DNA of 64,000 nt from an uncultured Aquimarina sp. (GCA_947500505.1 CANMSL010000019.1:11244-75243), one strand, 5' to 3'. Shown: positions 12,515-22,926, counted from the stretch's first letter. Numbers and translations are program-made. The notes: generated by a model not told the origin, from the letters alone.

Positions 12515-14713
12515 TTACGGTAGCAGGTGCTTGGCAATTATATCCCTTAGGTCATTCTTATTCAAGGGTTTATTGATGATATCATTCATTCCAATAGCAA
12601 GACATTCCTCCTGTACTTCACCCAACTCTGCTGCAGTGAGTGCAATAATTGGTGTTTTTTTATCAAATTCCCGAATTCTTTTAGTTGCTTCACTACCATC
12701 TAGATAAGGCATATTAAGATCCATAAGGATTAAGTCAAAATCTTCCTTTTTCACCATTTGTATTGCATTAAAGCCATTTTCTACGATAATACAATCATAT
12801 CCGATTAGACTAAGAAGATTTTTTGTAACAATTTGGTTAATTTTATTGTCTTCTGCTACCAATATCCTTCGGTATACATTGGTAGCCCCATTATTTCGTT
12901 CGTTAGCTATTTGTTCTGATCCATCTTCTAAAATCTCTAATTTCAAATCAAAGTAGAACTTAGCACCTCTTCCTTCGTTACTTTCCAGATAGACCTGACT
13001 ATCCATCATTCTCAAAAGGTTTTTTACTATCGAGAGTCCTAGCCCTGTACCTTCTATAGTATTAGACGCTCGATCAACCTGAGAAAATTTTTCAAAAACA
13101 AAATCTTTTTTATCCTCTGGAATCCCAACACCACTATCCTCTACTTCATATCTGATATTGATAGTATTAGCCTCTTTAGTAAGAATCTTAATTCGTAGCC
13201 AAATTCTTCCATTTTCAGTAAACTTAGAAGCATTACCAATCAAATTGATCAGAATTTCTGACAACCTTAGGGAATCAACATTAAGGGAATCCGGAAGATC
13301 ATTAGGCACATCCAGTATCAACTCATTATTTTTACTTTTTGCCTGATATTCAAAAGAATTCAGTAGATTTTGTGAAAGCTTAAATAAATTGGTAGGTGTT
13401 TTTGCCAACTTAACTTTATTAGACTCAATCTTACTGATCTGAAGCACATTATTAATAAGATTTAATAGGTAATCTCCAGAAAACTTCAATGATCCTAATA
13501 ATTTTTTATGTTTATCCAACACATCTTCATCTTCAAGCAATAAAGAAGTTATTCCTACAACTCCATAAAGCGGAGTTCTTAATTCATGACTTACGGTAGA
13601 TATGAATTGTGACTTTACCTGGGTTAGCTTTTCAGCTTCTGCCTTTGCCTCAATTAGCTGTATGTTTTTATCCTGTAATATATCATTTAACCTTTTTTTT
13701 GATCTATACCCTATATATAAGAAAAATGCAGTAACTAATAGAAATATCAGCCCCACAATCGAAATGATATTGATAGTTCTATTATTCTTAGCCAATTTAG
13801 TCTGGTATTCTTTTTCGGTTTTAGTAATTTCCAATTCTCTTTCATACTCGTCTACGTTAAAACTAACACGGGCGACTTCTATCTGCTTTAGTTTTTCTTT
13901 ATCGAATAACTTATCTTTATATTCTTGATAGCGTTTAATATCCTTATATGCTTCTTCAAGATTCCCCATCTTTTCATACATCTCCGATCTGGCTTCGTAT
14001 AGATAAGATTGCTCCAATATCATACCATGTTTTTCAGCTATCTCCAGGGATTCCTGAAAATACTCATTGGCTTTTGAAAACTGATTTTGACTAAGAGCCA
14101 ATCTTCCCTTTAGGTAAAAAACCTCACAATAACCTTCTATATCTCTATTTTCGACTACAAGTTTTTCGGCTTCTTCTAGGTATGGAACCGCATTATCAAA
14201 CTTCTTGGCATCTACATAAGTCCAAGCCATATTGATTACGGGAGTCATATATTCCTGAGAGTTATTTAATGACTTACCAAGCTCAGAAGCTTTACCATAA
14301 AAAACTAATGAGGTTTCCAGATCCTTATACCCATCGGAGTACACATTACCTAAACCATTATTATTCCATAAAATAAGAAGAGAATCATTTGCTTTTTCAG
14401 CATACTCTAAGGATTTTCTGTAGTATTGTTCTGCATTTTTATAATCAACTAGTATTTCATAATTGTAAGCCATTAAATAATATGCTTTAGACTTGTAATG
14501 GTCATTGTCTATTTTATGTGCATAATTGGCAGCTTTTATTGCATACTCCAGCGATTCTTTAATTTTATATTCAAGTGTTAAGTCGTTGGAACTATCTATT
14601 AAATATTGTAAACTATCGTTTATTAGAAAATTAGATTCTTTCTGACTAAAAACCAAACAAGGAAGAAACAATATAAATAATGTAAATAGTAATATTTTCC
14701 TCAAAATACACAA
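12515..14713 (-). CDS. Hybrid sensor histidine kinase/response regulator with periplasmic TPR sensor
   Basis: TPR-like helical repeats, TM, SHELRTP H-box, NLIGNA, GTGLGL, receiver LILMDLNMP. Confidence 0.92.
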   Translation of the reverse strand: MCILRKILLFTLFILFLPCLVFSQKESNFLINDSLQYLIDSSNDLTLEYKIKESLEYAIKAANYAHKIDNDHYKSKAYYLMAYNYEILVDYKNAEQYYRKSLEYAEKANDSLLILWNNNGLGNVYSDGYKDLETSLVFYGKASELGKSLNNSQEYMTPVINMAWTYVDAKKFDNAVPYLEEAEKLVVENRDIEGYCEVFYLKGRLALSQNQFSKANEYFQESLEIAEKHGMILEQSYLYEARSEMYEKMGNLEEAYKDIKRYQEYKDKLFDKEKLKQIEVARVSFNVDEYERELEITKTEKEYQTKLAKNNRTINIISIVGLIFLLVTAFFLYIGYRSKKRLNDILQDKNIQLIEAKAEAEKLTQVKSQFISTVSHELRTPLYGVVGITSLLLEDEDVLDKHKKLLGSLKFSGDYLLNLINNVLQISKIESNKVKLAKTPTNLFKLSQNLLNSFEYQAKSKNNELILDVPNDLPDSLNVDSLRLSEILINLIGNASKFTENGRIWLRIKILTKEANTINIRYEVEDSGVGIPEDKKDFVFEKFSQVDRASNTIEGTGLGLSIVKNLLRMMDSQVYLESNEGRGAKFYFDLKLEILEDGSEQIANERNNGATNVYRRILVAEDNKINQIVTKNLLSLIGYDCIIVENGFNAIQMVKKEDFDLILMDLNMPYLDGSEATKRIREFDKKTPIIALTAAELGEVQEECLAIGMNDIINKPLNKNDLRDIIAKHLLP

Positions 14714-14852
14714 CTTTTAAAAATGTATGAATCTATTTCTTAAACAATAGTAATACTACTGGTGAGAACAATCTATCTTTATGTTAAGTTACTAAAAAAA
14801 AGTAAAAGATGGATGATTTTATATGGTTAAGCTCCAATTTCATATTTCATCT

Positions 14853-15752
14853 TTATTTTTTCTTATTGTTTCTGGTTATACTGTAAATCCCTAAAATTAC
14901 AATAACAGAACCTAGAATCTGTACGCTAGACATACTTTCATCTAAAAGGAAAAAGGCAAGAATAATGGTTGATATCGGACCGAGACTACCGATGATAGCA
15001 ACATTAGAAGCTCCGAGTCTTGCTATAGCATATGAAATAAGATATGATGGAATAATCGTAGAAAAAACAGCCATTAAAATAGCCAGGATATATACTTCTA
15101 AGCTGTAATCAAAAAGGTTGCCTCTATCAAAAATCAAATATTGTGAAATAATACATAATGAAGACACAATCATCGCATAAGAGGTAAAAGTGACAGCCCC
15201 GAACTTAGGTATTAACCAACCACTTCCTACTAAATATATAGCATATGTTAAAGCGCTGAAAAATATCAATAAAGCTCCTAACCCTATATTTGCACTATCC
15301 AATTTGAGTTCCTGCCAAAAAGTGATCACCACTCCTATGTACGTAATAATTATAGCTACCAGCTGCTGTTTTGTTATTTTATCTTTTAAAAAAAATCTAG
15401 AGATAATAATCACAAAAGTCGGATACACAAATAGAATAATCCGTTCTAACCCAGCTTTTACATATTGTAATCCCAGGAAATCAAAGTAACTGGCTAAATA
15501 ATAACCTACAAAACCAAAAAATATAATCCACAAATAATCTTTTCCTTTTATCTCTTTGGGATTTGAAGGTTTATTCAGAATAGCTATCACAAAATAAAAA
15601 GGAAGTGAAAATAACATCCTGAATAACAGTAAATGCTCAGAATTGATGTTGTATTGATAAGCCATTTTTACCATTACTGCTTTAGCAGAAAAAAGAATGA
15701 CCCCGACTATTGCCAATATAATTCCGAAAAGGATTGGTTGCGACTTTTGCAT
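14853..15752 (-). CDS. DMT/EamA family transporter
   Basis: About 10 TM segments in two repeats; GLERIILF.YP and LGPI motifs. Confidence 0.88.
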   Translation of the reverse strand: MQKSQPILFGIILAIVGVILFSAKAVMVKMAYQYNINSEHLLLFRMLFSLPFYFVIAILNKPSNPKEIKGKDYLWIIFFGFVGYYLASYFDFLGLQYVKAGLERIILFVYPTFVIIISRFFLKDKITKQQLVAIIITYIGVVITFWQELKLDSANIGLGALLIFFSALTYAIYLVGSGWLIPKFGAVTFTSYAMIVSSLCIISQYLIFDRGNLFDYSLEVYILAILMAVFSTIIPSYLISYAIARLGASNVAIIGSLGPISTIILAFFLLDESMSSVQILGSVIVILGIYSITRNNKKK

Positions 15753-15823
15753 CCCACAAAGTTAGATTCAATAGTGGTTTACACTTTCTTTTTTCGATAA
15801 AAATTACGATGTTCACCTTTAAA

Positions 15824-15855
15824 AAAACCTCTCAGAAAACAATCTGAGAGGTTTT
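15824..15855. terminator. Intrinsic terminator after ychF
   Basis: aaaacctctcaga-aaacaa-tctgagaggtttt. Confidence 0.8.
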
Positions 15856-15876
15856 ATAAATAGACTGCTATATACA

Positions 15877-16971
15877 TTATACGTTAAATAAGAAATGCAT
15901 AACGTCACCATCATTAACGATATATCCTTTCCCTTCTACACCAAGTTTTCCTGCTTCTTTTACTTTAGTTTCGCTACCATAAGACACATAATCATCATAT
16001 TTAATAACCTCTGCACGTATAAATCCTTTTTCAAAATCCGTATGAATAACTCCTGCTGCCTGCGGTGCTGTAGCACCTATAGGAATTGTCCAGGCTCTAA
16101 CCTCTTTTACACCTGCGGTGAAATATGTATGCTGATTAAGCAATTTATAGGCTGCCCGAATTAATACTGAAGATCCAGGCTCTTCTAATCCCATATCCTG
16201 AAGAAACATTTGTCTTTCTTCGTAATCATCCAGTTCTGTTATATCTGCTTCGGTTCCAACTGCCAAAATAATCACTTCTGCATTTTCTGAGGCTACTGCT
16301 TCTTTTACTCTTTTTACGTGATCATTTCCGTCAACTGCAGCACTTTCATCAACATTACAAACATAAAGTACAGGTTTGTCCGTAATAAACTGTAGTGGTT
16401 TGACAAATGCAAGGTGATCATCTTCAGAAATCTCGATAGCTCTTACAGATGTTCCTGCTTCCAATCCTTCCTTTAAAATTAACAAAACAGCTTCTTCCTT
16501 TTGAGCTTCCTTATTACCGGTTTTTGCGGCACGTTTGATCTTATCCAGCTTTTTCTCAAGTGTCTCCAAATCTTTTAGTTGCAATTCTATATCAATAGTT
16601 TCTTTATCACGAATAGGATCTATAGAACCATCAACATGCACAATATTATCATTGTCAAAACAACGCAATACGTGAATAATTGCATCGGTTTCTCTAATAT
16701 TGCCCAAAAACTGATTTCCAAGCCCTTCACCTTTGCTTGCTCCTTTTACCAATCCTGCAATATCTACAATTTCTACAGTAGCTGGTATTACACGCTCCGG
16801 GTTTACTAATTCTTCTAATTTTTCTAATCGTGGATCAGGTACATTAACCACACCTATATTGGGTTCGATCGTGCAAAAAGGAAAATTAGCACTTTGTGCT
16901 TTCGCATTAGATAAACAATTAAAAAGTGTTGATTTTCCTACATTTGGTAATCCAACTATTCCTGCTTTCAT
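15877..16971 (-). CDS. ychF: Redox-regulated ribosome-binding ATPase YchF (start refined to MKAGIVG)
   Basis: GIVGLPNVGKST P-loop, NFPFCTIEPN, DIAGLV, TGS domain ending DGDVMHF. Confidence 0.97.
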   Translation of the reverse strand: MKAGIVGLPNVGKSTLFNCLSNAKAQSANFPFCTIEPNIGVVNVPDPRLEKLEELVNPERVIPATVEIVDIAGLVKGASKGEGLGNQFLGNIRETDAIIHVLRCFDNDNIVHVDGSIDPIRDKETIDIELQLKDLETLEKKLDKIKRAAKTGNKEAQKEEAVLLILKEGLEAGTSVRAIEISEDDHLAFVKPLQFITDKPVLYVCNVDESAAVDGNDHVKRVKEAVASENAEVIILAVGTEADITELDDYEERQMFLQDMGLEEPGSSVLIRAAYKLLNQHTYFTAGVKEVRAWTIPIGATAPQAAGVIHTDFEKGFIRAEVIKYDDYVSYGSETKVKEAGKLGVEGKGYIVNDGDVMHFLFNV

Positions 16972-17023
16972 AAGTATATTGTATAAAGGACAACTATAAT
17001 ATTTGCTCAAATTTTTGAGAATG

Positions 17024-17031
17024 CAAAGATA
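17024..17031 (-). promoter_or_regulatory. Bacteroidetes -7 promoter element for ychF
   Basis: TATCTTTG on minus strand about 50 nt upstream of ATG. Confidence 0.55.
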
Positions 17032-17191
17032 ACGGTATTAACTGTTAGTATACAAATACCGGGTAAAGAGATTGTGGTTAAAAATAAAATAGTCTGACCT
17101 TGTTTATAGATGTTATCAATTGTCGATTTCATAAAACGGAAAACCAATTTATTAGTTTTTTGTAACTTTAACATACCAAACAAATAAACCT

Positions 17192-17743
17192 ATGAAAATA
17201 TTTAAAAAATTGGTTGTCCTAATTTTACTATTGTGTACTTATACAACCTATGCGCAATCCGAAGATAAAAAAGAAGGAAAAGACAACTCTGAAAAGACAA
17301 AACCTAAAGAGAACTCTTCTGAAGAAATAGTAACCAAAACTATTAGAATTAAAGGTGCTAACGGAGAGGAAAAAGTTATCAAGCAACAACAAGTAATTAC
17401 TAAAAAAAGTGAAGTGAAATTGAGTCCTGACGAGGAGGATGATAAAACTAATAGAACCGCTGTATATGCACCAGAAAAAGTATCCGTTAAAAATTCAGGT
17501 GCCACTTCTAGCGAAAAAATATATAGTAGTATTCCTGACGGGAATGGATATATCCTAACCCTGATCGATGAAAAAGGAGAAAAAACAGCCAAAGCCAAAC
17601 CTCTTTCTAATGATTATTACCTTATAAATAATGGTGTAAATGATAATTGTTTAGGTCATTTTGATGATGCTAAAAACCTAATTATAGAAACGTATGATTC
17701 AGAAACAGATGCCATTCTAACAGTGACATACAAATTAAAGTAA
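17192..17743 (+). CDS. Secreted hypothetical protein with charged low-complexity N-terminus
   Basis: 183 aa, signal peptide, Lys/Glu-rich linker. Confidence 0.7.
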   Translation: MKIFKKLVVLILLLCTYTTYAQSEDKKEGKDNSEKTKPKENSSEEIVTKTIRIKGANGEEKVIKQQQVITKKSEVKLSPDEEDDKTNRTAVYAPEKVSVKNSGATSSEKIYSSIPDGNGYILTLIDEKGEKTAKAKPLSNDYYLINNGVNDNCLGHFDDAKNLIIETYDSETDAILTVTYKLK

Positions 17744-17753
17744 TTCTAACCTG

Positions 17754-17953
17754 TTGTGCATTTTGAAAGAAATGTTTAAAAAAGCGTCAATTCGAGTAAT
17801 TTTCCAAAATAGAATGAAGGAAAATTGTATCGAGAATAGCTTTTTTTATTCGAAATCCTATTCTAGACCTGTACACCTTTGGAGTATACACTTATTCTTT
17901 TAGTCGAAGCACTCGAATCGACGAATTTTGAATAAAAAAATCAAAATGCACAA
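17754..17953. repeat. About 200-bp nested inverted-repeat element (REP/BIME or MITE-like)
   Basis: Outer 13-bp perfect IR 17754-17766/17941-17953; inner 13-bp IR with 1 mismatch 17785-17797/17911-17923; small hairpin aattttcc/ggaaaatt 17798-17826. Confidence 0.6.
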
Positions 17954-17992
17954 TGTGTAATTCTAAATAATTTTTAATAACATCATAAAAAG

Positions 17993-18023
17993 ACTCGATG
18001 GAAATACATCGAGCCTTTCTTTT
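17993..18023 (+). terminator. Terminator-like hairpin
   Basis: ctcgatg-gaaata-catcgag followed by cctttctttt. Confidence 0.55.
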
Positions 18024-18290
18024 GGTAATTCATTTATCTTTTAAGAATTTAGTTCTACTCTAAATTAATCTTAAAAAAGTCACCAGTAACCCTACCTAGT
18101 AAAGTCATACTATTTCACAAAAGCCAATTTAAGCTGTAATTTTTCAGAAGTTTTTTACTAAAAATAAATGAAGAGATATCTCTCTTTTTCTACGACCAAG
18201 GACTCAAAAACATGTAATAAACAATATCCTAATCTATGCTTTAGGATTTATTGAATATCTTTAAATATTATAACCAATAAATATACTTAC

Positions 18291-21101
18291 ATGAAAAAAT
18301 TCACACTCATTTTATTTAGCTTAATTACCAGTTTAGGGTTTAGCCAGCGAATTATTACCGGAACTGTAACAGATACATCGGGATCACCTATTCCATTTGT
18401 AAACATAGCTGAAAAAGGATCTAATAAGGGAACTACTACCAGTGACGATGGAAAATATACTATAGCAGTGGATCAAAATGCTATTTTAGTATTCAGTTTT
18501 GTAGGTTTTCAGACCCAGGAAATTCCGTTAGGCACCAGTGATCAGATCGATGTTATCTTACAAGAAGGAGAAGCACTAAGTACAATAATCGTGGTAGGTT
18601 CCAGAAGTCCAAAACGTACGGCGACTGACACACCGGTGGCAGTGGATATCATTGATATGCAGGATATTGTAACAAAAAGTGGTAAAATTGAAATAAATGA
18701 ATTACTACAGTATTCTGCTCCTTCATTTAATGCAAATAAGCAGTCAGGTTCTGATGGTGCTGATCATATAGACCCAGCGAGTTTACGAGGTCTGGGGCCA
18801 GATCAAACACTAGTTTTAATTAATGGTAAGAGAAGACATGCTTCTTCTCTTATTAATATTTTTGGTACCAGAGGCCGAGGGAATTCTGGAACGGATCTCA
18901 ACACCATTCCGGCTACTTCTATCAAAAGAATTGAAATTCTAAGAGATGGTGCTGCCGCACAATATGGTTCTGATGCCATTGCCGGAGTTATTAATATCGT
19001 GTTAAGAGACAATATTGAAAAACTTAGTGGTAGTATCAGCTATGGAGCTTATAACACCAACGCTCGAGGTACTTTTCCCGAAGGAACTCCTAATACAGAT
19101 GGTAATCGTTTGGATACTGAAAATGATGGAAACAGAATTGGAGATGATCAGGATTTTGATGGTGGATCCGTTAAAGTTACCGCTAATTATGGAGTTGGTA
19201 TTGGAGAAAAAGGATACATCAATTTTACTACAGAATACTTGAGTAAAAATAAAACCCTGAGACCTGGATTTGATTTTAGAAGAGGATTTGGGGAGGCAGC
19301 TATTGATGGATTCAATTTCTTTGTTAATACAGGTATTCCATTATCAGACAAGACAGAATTATATGCATTCGGAGGAAGAAATTACCGTGATACAGATGCT
19401 TTTGCTTTTACCCGTAATGGTGGTGAACGCGTGGTGACAGAAATCTATCCCAATGGTTTCACACCAAGAATTACATCAAACATCATAGATAATTCTATTT
19501 CTGCAGGTATACGAACTGAAACGGATAACGGTTGGAAAATTGATCTTAGCAATACTTGGGGGAAAAACAATTTTCATTACTTTATTGAAGGGACTTTAAA
19601 CGCTTCTCTTGAAGAAAATTCTCCAACAGAATTCGATGCGGGAGGACATAGCTTAAGTCAGAATACAATTAACTTTGATTTCTCTAAGTATTATCCAAAA
19701 ATAGCTAAAGGTCTAAATCTGGCATTGGGAGCCGAATACAGAACTGAAAACTTTATCATATTTGCCGGAGAAGAAGGTTCTTATGGAACATTTGACACAA
19801 ATGGAGAAACAGTGAATTCTAATACCAACTTCAGAAATTTACCATATTGGATGCCAAATGGTAATTTTGTAGCTACAAATTTTAATACTGCTGGAGACGA
19901 AATATTAACAGATTTGTTTATAGACAATGATGGTTTGGCTCAGAATGCAAATGGTGATTATGTTGCTTATTCTGAAACACCTGACGCTAATGGAAACTTT
20001 CCTTTAATTGTTATTAATAATCCAAACGAAAGACAACGAATAGATGCATTAGCTATTCAAAGACCGGGTGGATCACAAGGTTTTCCTGGATACGGTCTGG
20101 CGAATGAAGTGGATCGATCTAGATCTAATTTATCATTATACGCAGATGCAGAATTAGATATTACCGATGCTTTCCTATTAGCTGGAGCTGCCAGATTTGA
20201 AAACTATAGCGATTTTGGAAGTACTATTAACGGAAAACTGGCATTTAGAGTCAAAGCCACGGATAATATTAATATTAGAGGATCCGTTAGTACTGGGTTT
20301 AGAGCACCTTCATTAGCTCAAATTTATTACAACCTTAGATTTACCGATTTTCAAGGCGGTGTAGCTACAGAAACCTTATTATCTCCAAACAACAGCCCAG
20401 TAACTGCCTCTTTTGGTATAGATCGCTTAAAGGAAGAAACTTCCTTAAATGCATCATTGGGGGTTACAGCTAAGTTAGGTGATTTCTCTGCAACAGTTGA
20501 TGGATATTATATTGATATTAAAGATCGTATTGTACTAACGGGAACTTTTGAAGCAATTGATTTTGACAATGTTAATGAAGCTCAATTTTTTGCTAATGGA
20601 GTGGATACTGAAACAGTAGGTATGGATGTTGTGCTTTCGTGGAAAGGAAACTATAGCTTCGGAAACTTATCTGCGGTCGTAGCCGGAAATGTCAATAATA
20701 TGTATATAACCGCTATTAATACGGATTTGGATCCAGACATCTTTTTCGGAAAAAGAGAGCAAGCATTTTTATTAGCATCCGCTCCGAGAAGTAAGTTTGC
20801 GATGAACCTAAATTATGATACCGATAAGTTCAACGCAGGCCTGGGTCTTACAAGATTTAGTGATATCACCTTAGTAGATTTCGACGATAACGAAGATGAA
20901 TATAGTGCAAAAATAACTGCAGATCTTACGGTTGGTTATGAATTAACAGGAAATCTTAAAATAACTGTTGGTGGTAATAATATCACAAATGAATATCCTG
21001 ATCAACAAGACGACCTAACGGAATCTGGCGGATATTGGGATGCCGTACAAATGGGATTTGGTGGAGCATTTTATTACGCCAGACTGGATTTTAATTTCTA
21101 A
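18291..21101 (+). CDS. TonB-dependent receptor with N-terminal carboxypeptidase-regulatory-like domain and plug
   Basis: Signal peptide, LRGLGPDQTLVLINGKRRH, IEILRDGAAAQYGSDAIAGVINI, C-terminal Phe (YARLDFNF). Confidence 0.93.
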   Translation: MKKFTLILFSLITSLGFSQRIITGTVTDTSGSPIPFVNIAEKGSNKGTTTSDDGKYTIAVDQNAILVFSFVGFQTQEIPLGTSDQIDVILQEGEALSTIIVVGSRSPKRTATDTPVAVDIIDMQDIVTKSGKIEINELLQYSAPSFNANKQSGSDGADHIDPASLRGLGPDQTLVLINGKRRHASSLINIFGTRGRGNSGTDLNTIPATSIKRIEILRDGAAAQYGSDAIAGVINIVLRDNIEKLSGSISYGAYNTNARGTFPEGTPNTDGNRLDTENDGNRIGDDQDFDGGSVKVTANYGVGIGEKGYINFTTEYLSKNKTLRPGFDFRRGFGEAAIDGFNFFVNTGIPLSDKTELYAFGGRNYRDTDAFAFTRNGGERVVTEIYPNGFTPRITSNIIDNSISAGIRTETDNGWKIDLSNTWGKNNFHYFIEGTLNASLEENSPTEFDAGGHSLSQNTINFDFSKYYPKIAKGLNLALGAEYRTENFIIFAGEEGSYGTFDTNGETVNSNTNFRNLPYWMPNGNFVATNFNTAGDEILTDLFIDNDGLAQNANGDYVAYSETPDANGNFPLIVINNPNERQRIDALAIQRPGGSQGFPGYGLANEVDRSRSNLSLYADAELDITDAFLLAGAARFENYSDFGSTINGKLAFRVKATDNINIRGSVSTGFRAPSLAQIYYNLRFTDFQGGVATETLLSPNNSPVTASFGIDRLKEETSLNASLGVTAKLGDFSATVDGYYIDIKDRIVLTGTFEAIDFDNVNEAQFFANGVDTETVGMDVVLSWKGNYSFGNLSAVVAGNVNNMYITAINTDLDPDIFFGKREQAFLLASAPRSKFAMNLNYDTDKFNAGLGLTRFSDITLVDFDDNEDEYSAKITADLTVGYELTGNLKITVGGNNITNEYPDQQDDLTESGGYWDAVQMGFGGAFYYARLDFNF

Positions 21102-21110
21102 ATAAATTAC

Positions 21111-21182
21111 TGTCACATTGAAGCCTGTCGAAGATGAATAAGCTAAGACTATACAGTATACTTCGACAAGCTCAATGTGACA
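21111..21182. repeat. REP-like palindromic element
   Basis: Arms tgtcacattgaagcctgtcgaag (21111-21133) and cttcgacaagctcaatgtgaca (21161-21182), 1 insertion and 1 mismatch. Confidence 0.7.
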
Positions 21183-21999
21183 TACTATTTTTACTCTTTT
21201 TCTTACATAAAACTTGATCAATGGTATTTATATACTTTTTAAACTTGATCAAATCATTATGCGAGCCTCCCCCTATCGTTATCATTCTCTTATTTGATGT
21301 TTGAATATTTTCAAAAAGTCTTTTACCAGAACCGTAAGGTACTACCCCATCATCAGTTCCGTGATAAATAGTAACAGGACATTTCACTGCTTTAATAAAT
21401 TTGTTTGAAGGAAATTTATAACGTAATATACTTTTAATCGGAAAGATAGGCAACCAATGTGAGGTAACTTCTTCCATGGTATTAAATGGTGTTTCTAATA
21501 TCAAATTAGCAGGGTTATTTATAGATGATATTTTGGTTGCAATACTGGTTCCCAGTGACCTACCGTATACAATCACCTGATGTTCCTTATAATTGGCTAC
21601 TACGTAATCATAAAACAATTGAGCATCCTTGTATAATTTTTCTTCGGTAATAGTACCCGTACTTTTACCATAACTTCTGTAATCCATGACAACCACATCA
21701 TATTGTTTTTTTGCAAAAAAAGAACTTATTTCACCCCATCTGGATAAGTTCCCCTTATTTCCATGGAAATATAAAATTACACCTTTGGGATCTTTATTCT
21801 TAAAATGTATTGCATTTAAGTGTTCACCATCTTCAGTCTTCAGGAAAAGCTCTTCAAAAGGGTGATCAAACTGATAAATATAATTTATGGGAAGGGGTTT
21901 AGGCTGAAAAATAATCTTGTGTTGAAAAAAAAATAGTATACCCAAACCCGAAGAATATGTAATGAATGTTGTAATTAGAACTTTCTTAAGCCTGGACAT
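21172..21999 (-). CDS. Alpha/beta hydrolase (Bem46/ABHD-like), paralog 2
   Basis: YFHGN.G, MDYRSYG.S, YGRSLGT, HGTDD, GGSHN. Confidence 0.88.
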   Translation of the reverse strand: MSRLKKVLITTFITYSSGLGILFFFQHKIIFQPKPLPINYIYQFDHPFEELFLKTEDGEHLNAIHFKNKDPKGVILYFHGNKGNLSRWGEISSFFAKKQYDVVVMDYRSYGKSTGTITEEKLYKDAQLFYDYVVANYKEHQVIVYGRSLGTSIATKISSINNPANLILETPFNTMEEVTSHWLPIFPIKSILRYKFPSNKFIKAVKCPVTIYHGTDDGVVPYGSGKRLFENIQTSNKRMITIGGGSHNDLIKFKKYINTIDQVLCKKKSKNSMSH

Positions 22000-22861
22000 T
22001 TATCTTTTTTTCGCTTTGATTTACACCTATGCTAGTATTAGAAAGATTTATTTTTCTCATCTTAGAATTTATAATTTCTCCCAGCATTTTGTGATAGGAT
22101 TCAAAGTTATTCAGGTTTTTATGACCTCCGCCTATGACCGTATATAATCTTGTTAATTTAGGTTTTATTTTTGATAATTTAATGCTCGATTTAAAAGGGA
22201 TCAGCTTATCGTGAGTACCGTGAATAATATGAATCGGACAATTCACGTATTTTAACCATTTGTAAGTAGGTATAGGGTATCTCATAATCAGTGAAACCGG
22301 CATAAACGGAATAAATTTTGCCGCTACTTTACTAAGACTATAATAAGGAGCATCAAGAATTAACATTTTTGGATTATTGATAGAAGCTAATTTTGTTGCA
22401 AAACCAGATCCCATCGACCTTCCATATAAAATGATATACTTTTCATCTACATTTTCTTTTAGTTTATTATAAACAAATTGAAGATCTCTTTTGATAGCTT
22501 TAAAAGAACGTCTACCAGTACTTTTACCGAATCCGCGATAATCAAGCATACATACATCATATCCATGCCTGGTAAAATCTACTGCAAATTTGCCCCAGCC
22601 CTTAATACTTTTGGAATTTCCTTTAAGATACAAAACCACTCCTTTAGGATTTTCTACCTTAAAGTGTAAACCGTTAATAATCGCACCATCTCTAGTTTCC
22701 AGATTATACTCTTCCACAATTTGGTTATTATAGTGAAACTCGAAATTCTTATCTAATTTCTCGGGTTTGAAAATAAAATACTCCTGCAAATAATATAATG
22801 CAACACTAGCTACAATATAAAATGCAAGAATAATAATTGCTATATATCCCCAACTTGGCAT
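21986..22861 (-). CDS. Alpha/beta hydrolase (Bem46/ABHD-like), paralog 1
   Basis: YLKGN, LDYRGFGKS, YGRSMGS, HGTHD, GGGH; overlaps downstream paralog by 14 nt. Confidence 0.88.
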   Translation of the reverse strand: MPSWGYIAIIILAFYIVASVALYYLQEYFIFKPEKLDKNFEFHYNNQIVEEYNLETRDGAIINGLHFKVENPKGVVLYLKGNSKSIKGWGKFAVDFTRHGYDVCMLDYRGFGKSTGRRSFKAIKRDLQFVYNKLKENVDEKYIILYGRSMGSGFATKLASINNPKMLILDAPYYSLSKVAAKFIPFMPVSLIMRYPIPTYKWLKYVNCPIHIIHGTHDKLIPFKSSIKLSKIKPKLTRLYTVIGGGHKNLNNFESYHKMLGEIINSKMRKINLSNTSIGVNQSEKKINVQA

Positions 22862-22926
22862 ATTAATACTCTTTTCGATCGTTTTGTAAGTATCTAATTT
22901 ACAAAAAATTAAATTTAATTAAATAA

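Noticed and set aside
18025-18290. Riboswitch (cobalamin/TPP) before the TonB receptor
   Set aside because: No conserved cobalamin or TPP core motifs visible
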